From sequence record SRR20825010_694: a stretch of DNA of 35,665 bases; one strand, given 5' to 3'. The notes under the pieces were generated by a model that saw nothing but the letters and a program-made list of their open reading frames with translations, ran no database searches and had not been told where the DNA came from. The position numbers were made by a program, and so were the translations under genes. Positions within the stretch are counted from its first letter, which is position 1. Each line of letters begins with the position of its first letter. Shown in pieces: positions 33,448 through 35,665 of the stretch.

Positions 33448-35124
33448 TCAGGCCTGCCGAACGCCGGGCTGATGCTGCTTCAACACGGCATCGGCCATCT
33501 GGTCCAGGATGGTGATTTCGTCCTGGATGCCCTCGTCCGATGACAAATCCCGCTGTTCCTTCAGTATGTCCGCGAGGATTTCTTTCGTGGTCAACGGGTT
33601 GGCCAATACCACCCGGAACACGATGCAGGGGAAGTGATAATAACGCGACGGTTCGAGCCGGGTACGGGAAACGAAGGCTTTACCCCGTTCACGTTGGGTT
33701 TTCTGAATGAACTTGGTGATGCGGTTCAGGCAGGTGTTGAGTCGTTCGGCCTGTAGCGAGTCCGCGATTGCCAGTGCCTGCTGCACTTTCTCCGGGCAAT
33801 AGCGATAAGTCAGGATATTGAGCTCGGGTTTGGTGATGAGCTCGAAATCCGTTTCTGCGTTGATCATTTCCGCAAAGGTTTGTGCCTTGTCGATGCCCTG
33901 GTCGATGAGGATCTCATAGCCTTCCCGCGCCAGGATTCTCAACCCCGACTGGATCAGCATTGACATGCCCGGCCGCGAACCTTCCAGGGTGGTACTGCCC
34001 AGATCCCGCGAGCCTTTACGGATAATGTACTGGGCGTGATGCTCGACAGCGCTTGCCAGGCCCGGGTCGCGGAACACCACCAGCCCAGCCCCCATGGGAA
34101 CATAGAGTTGCTTGTGGGCGTCGAAGGTCACCGAGTCGGCCTTTTCGATGCCCCTGAGCAGGTGCCTGTGGGTGCGGGAAAACAGTGTCGGCCCACCCCA
34201 GGCCGCGTCCACATGAAAATGGGCGTTGAACTCCCGGGCGATGTCTGCCATGGCGTCCAGCGGGTCGACGTTGCCGGTCTCGGTGGTGCCGGCAATGCCG
34301 CAGATGGCCATGACCCGGATTTTCTGGCGGTGCAACTCCAGGCATTTCTCCCGCAGTGCATCGGTGTTGATGCGGTTGTCGTCATCGGTGTCGACAGGCA
34401 CCAGGAAGTCCCGGCCCAGACCCAGTACATCGGCGGCTTTGCGCAGTGAGTAGTGGCCGCGGCGGGAGACCAGAATGGCGGCACCCTCGCAGCCGTAATA
34501 GCGTAGTGCCCGGAACAGGCCTTCCTGATGGATACCGCGGAAGCTGCCTTCGGCGGGGAACGCGTTGTTGCGTGCCACCCAGAGTGCGGTCAGGTTGGCC
34601 ACGGTGCCGCCGGAGCACATGGCACCGAGGGCGTAGCGGGGATCGTGCATCCACTTGCGGTAGAAGGCACCGTCCTGCTCATACACCAGCCGGTGGATCA
34701 TGCCCAGTACCTGGCGTTCCATGGGTGTGAAGGCCTTGGAGGTTTCGGTTTTAACCAGGTTCTGGTTGAGGGCAATCATGATCTTGGACAGCGGCAGCAT
34801 GAAATAGGGCAGTGCCGAGGTCATGTGGCCGATAAAGCTGGGAGACGCCGTGTGTACCGAGTTGGCCACCAGCTTGTCGAGCAGGAATTGGGCCTGTTCG
34901 GAGACGAAGATGGGCTTTTCCGGAATGGCGTAGTCCGAGAAGTCTTTCTCGACTTCGGAAAGATCCCGCTCGACCGCAACGATGTGTTCCTGGAGGAATC
35001 CGGCAAGGTTGCGGGATATGTTCTGGTCAATCCTGCTCAAGGTGGATTCAGGCGCCTCGGGCACGGTGAATACACGATACATGGCCTCTACCGAGGCCTG
35101 GGCGGATTTTTTCTTTCCGGTCAT
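33448..35124 (-). CDS. panP: Pyridoxal-dependent aspartate 1-decarboxylase (group II PLP decarboxylase)
   Basis: FIGHMTSALP, NQNLVKTETSKAFT, SGGTVAN, GTTETG, HVDAAWGG, DAHKQ (PLP Lys), LEGSRPG, FRVVLANP. Start MTGKKK at 35124. Confidence 0.88.
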   Translation of the reverse strand: MTGKKKSAQASVEAMYRVFTVPEAPESTLSRIDQNISRNLAGFLQEHIVAVERDLSEVEKDFSDYAIPEKPIFVSEQAQFLLDKLVANSVHTASPSFIGHMTSALPYFMLPLSKIMIALNQNLVKTETSKAFTPMERQVLGMIHRLVYEQDGAFYRKWMHDPRYALGAMCSGGTVANLTALWVARNNAFPAEGSFRGIHQEGLFRALRYYGCEGAAILVSRRGHYSLRKAADVLGLGRDFLVPVDTDDDNRINTDALREKCLELHRQKIRVMAICGIAGTTETGNVDPLDAMADIAREFNAHFHVDAAWGGPTLFSRTHRHLLRGIEKADSVTFDAHKQLYVPMGAGLVVFRDPGLASAVEHHAQYIIRKGSRDLGSTTLEGSRPGMSMLIQSGLRILAREGYEILIDQGIDKAQTFAEMINAETDFELITKPELNILTYRYCPEKVQQALAIADSLQAERLNTCLNRITKFIQKTQRERGKAFVSRTRLEPSRYYHFPCIVFRVVLANPLTTKEILADILKEQRDLSSDEGIQDEITILDQMADAVLKQHQPGVRQA

Positions 35125-35250
35125 AGGTGCCACACACTATCAGTGGTCATTCGCAAAGCCTGTCCCGGGCGTTCCGTTCTCCCTGAGGGGGCGTAGTATA
35201 CGGTGTCGTGAAACCATACGCTACAGCATGGGCCCTGCATGGCGGGAGGG

Positions 35251-35595
35251 TCAAAGTATCTCTCGGTGTACGTCCAGTATGGCAGCGTCGATGCGTTCCT
35301 GTATGGCTTTTTCGATCTGGTCGAGGCGCTGGGCGATCTGTTGCGATGAGCCTCCGAGGGCGGCGATGGTCCAGGTGGCGCAGTCGAGGGCGTCCTGGTC
35401 GGCGGTTTCGGCGACGGCCAGGTCGGGTTCTTTGCCCCAGACGGCTTTCAGGGCGGTGAAGACTTTGCGTTTGGCTTTTAGGTCTTCGCAGCCGTAGAGC
35501 TGGAAGTGCAGGGTCAGGATGCCCACATGGGGCGTGATGACTGTTTGCTGGGGCGTATTGCCCTCTTTTAGCAGCCTTCTTAGAGCTTCAGACAT
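35251..35595 (-). CDS. DUF503 (YlxP-like) protein
   Basis: HVGILTL.F.L.GC..LKAKR and AVAETADQD pattern. Confidence 0.78.
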   Translation of the reverse strand: MSEALRRLLKEGNTPQQTVITPHVGILTLHFQLYGCEDLKAKRKVFTALKAVWGKEPDLAVAETADQDALDCATWTIAALGGSSQQIAQRLDQIEKAIQERIDAAILDVHREIL

Positions 35596-35665
35596 AGGTG
35601 TTCCGATTTTGGTGCTGGAACTGGAGTCGATGGGCTTTCCAAAACACGCTCCTGCGGCACATCCA

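Noticed and set aside
1..35665. CRISPR arrays, tRNA/rRNA, IS elements, prophage, defence or toxin-antitoxin genes
   Set aside because: I found no repeat-spacer pattern, cloverleaf, transposase, integrase or nuclease motif. Intergenic gaps are all under about 270 bp and there is no obvious compositional island by eye.

Overview
GC-rich gammaproteobacterial chromosome segment. Gene content and order look Marinobacter-like (inference). It is almost entirely coding, and I see no rRNA, tRNA, CRISPR array, transposase or prophage gene. Left to right: the 3' tail of a LamB-type maltoporin, an alpha-glucoside (trehalose/maltose-type) ABC operon with a GH13 alpha-glucosidase and a LacI regulator, Yip1, Tat-lipoprotein PhoD, a coupled HPP-glutaredoxin pair, ilvD, a 7TM-EAL phosphodiesterase, pbpG, a short asparaginase, rsuA, a YdjM-like hydrolase, a lytic transglycosylase, an orphan response regulator, phoR-phoB, ubiA-ubiC-hpt, rubredoxin (missed by the ORF track) with its reductase, tesB, a DISMED2-7TM-degenerate GGDEF-EAL protein, flavodoxin, a membrane diguanylate cyclase, a PiT transporter, an 88-aa unknown, panP and a DUF503 protein. 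Most of the proteins belong to known families, so the more interesting signals are regulatory. (i) 11-bp-period Pho-box-like repeats occur at phoB and phoD, and also between the diguanylate cyclase and pit and between the EAL gene and pbpG, suggesting a link between phosphate starvation and c-di-GMP. (ii) An NtrC-like site overlaps the predicted start of a sigma70 promoter for the HPP-glutaredoxin pair. (iii) A perfect GntR-type palindrome lies inside the rubredoxin promoter. (iv) One EAL protein looks like a version of its in-window paralogue lacking both the sensor and GGDEF domains. All regulatory assignments are by-eye motif matches and need testing.
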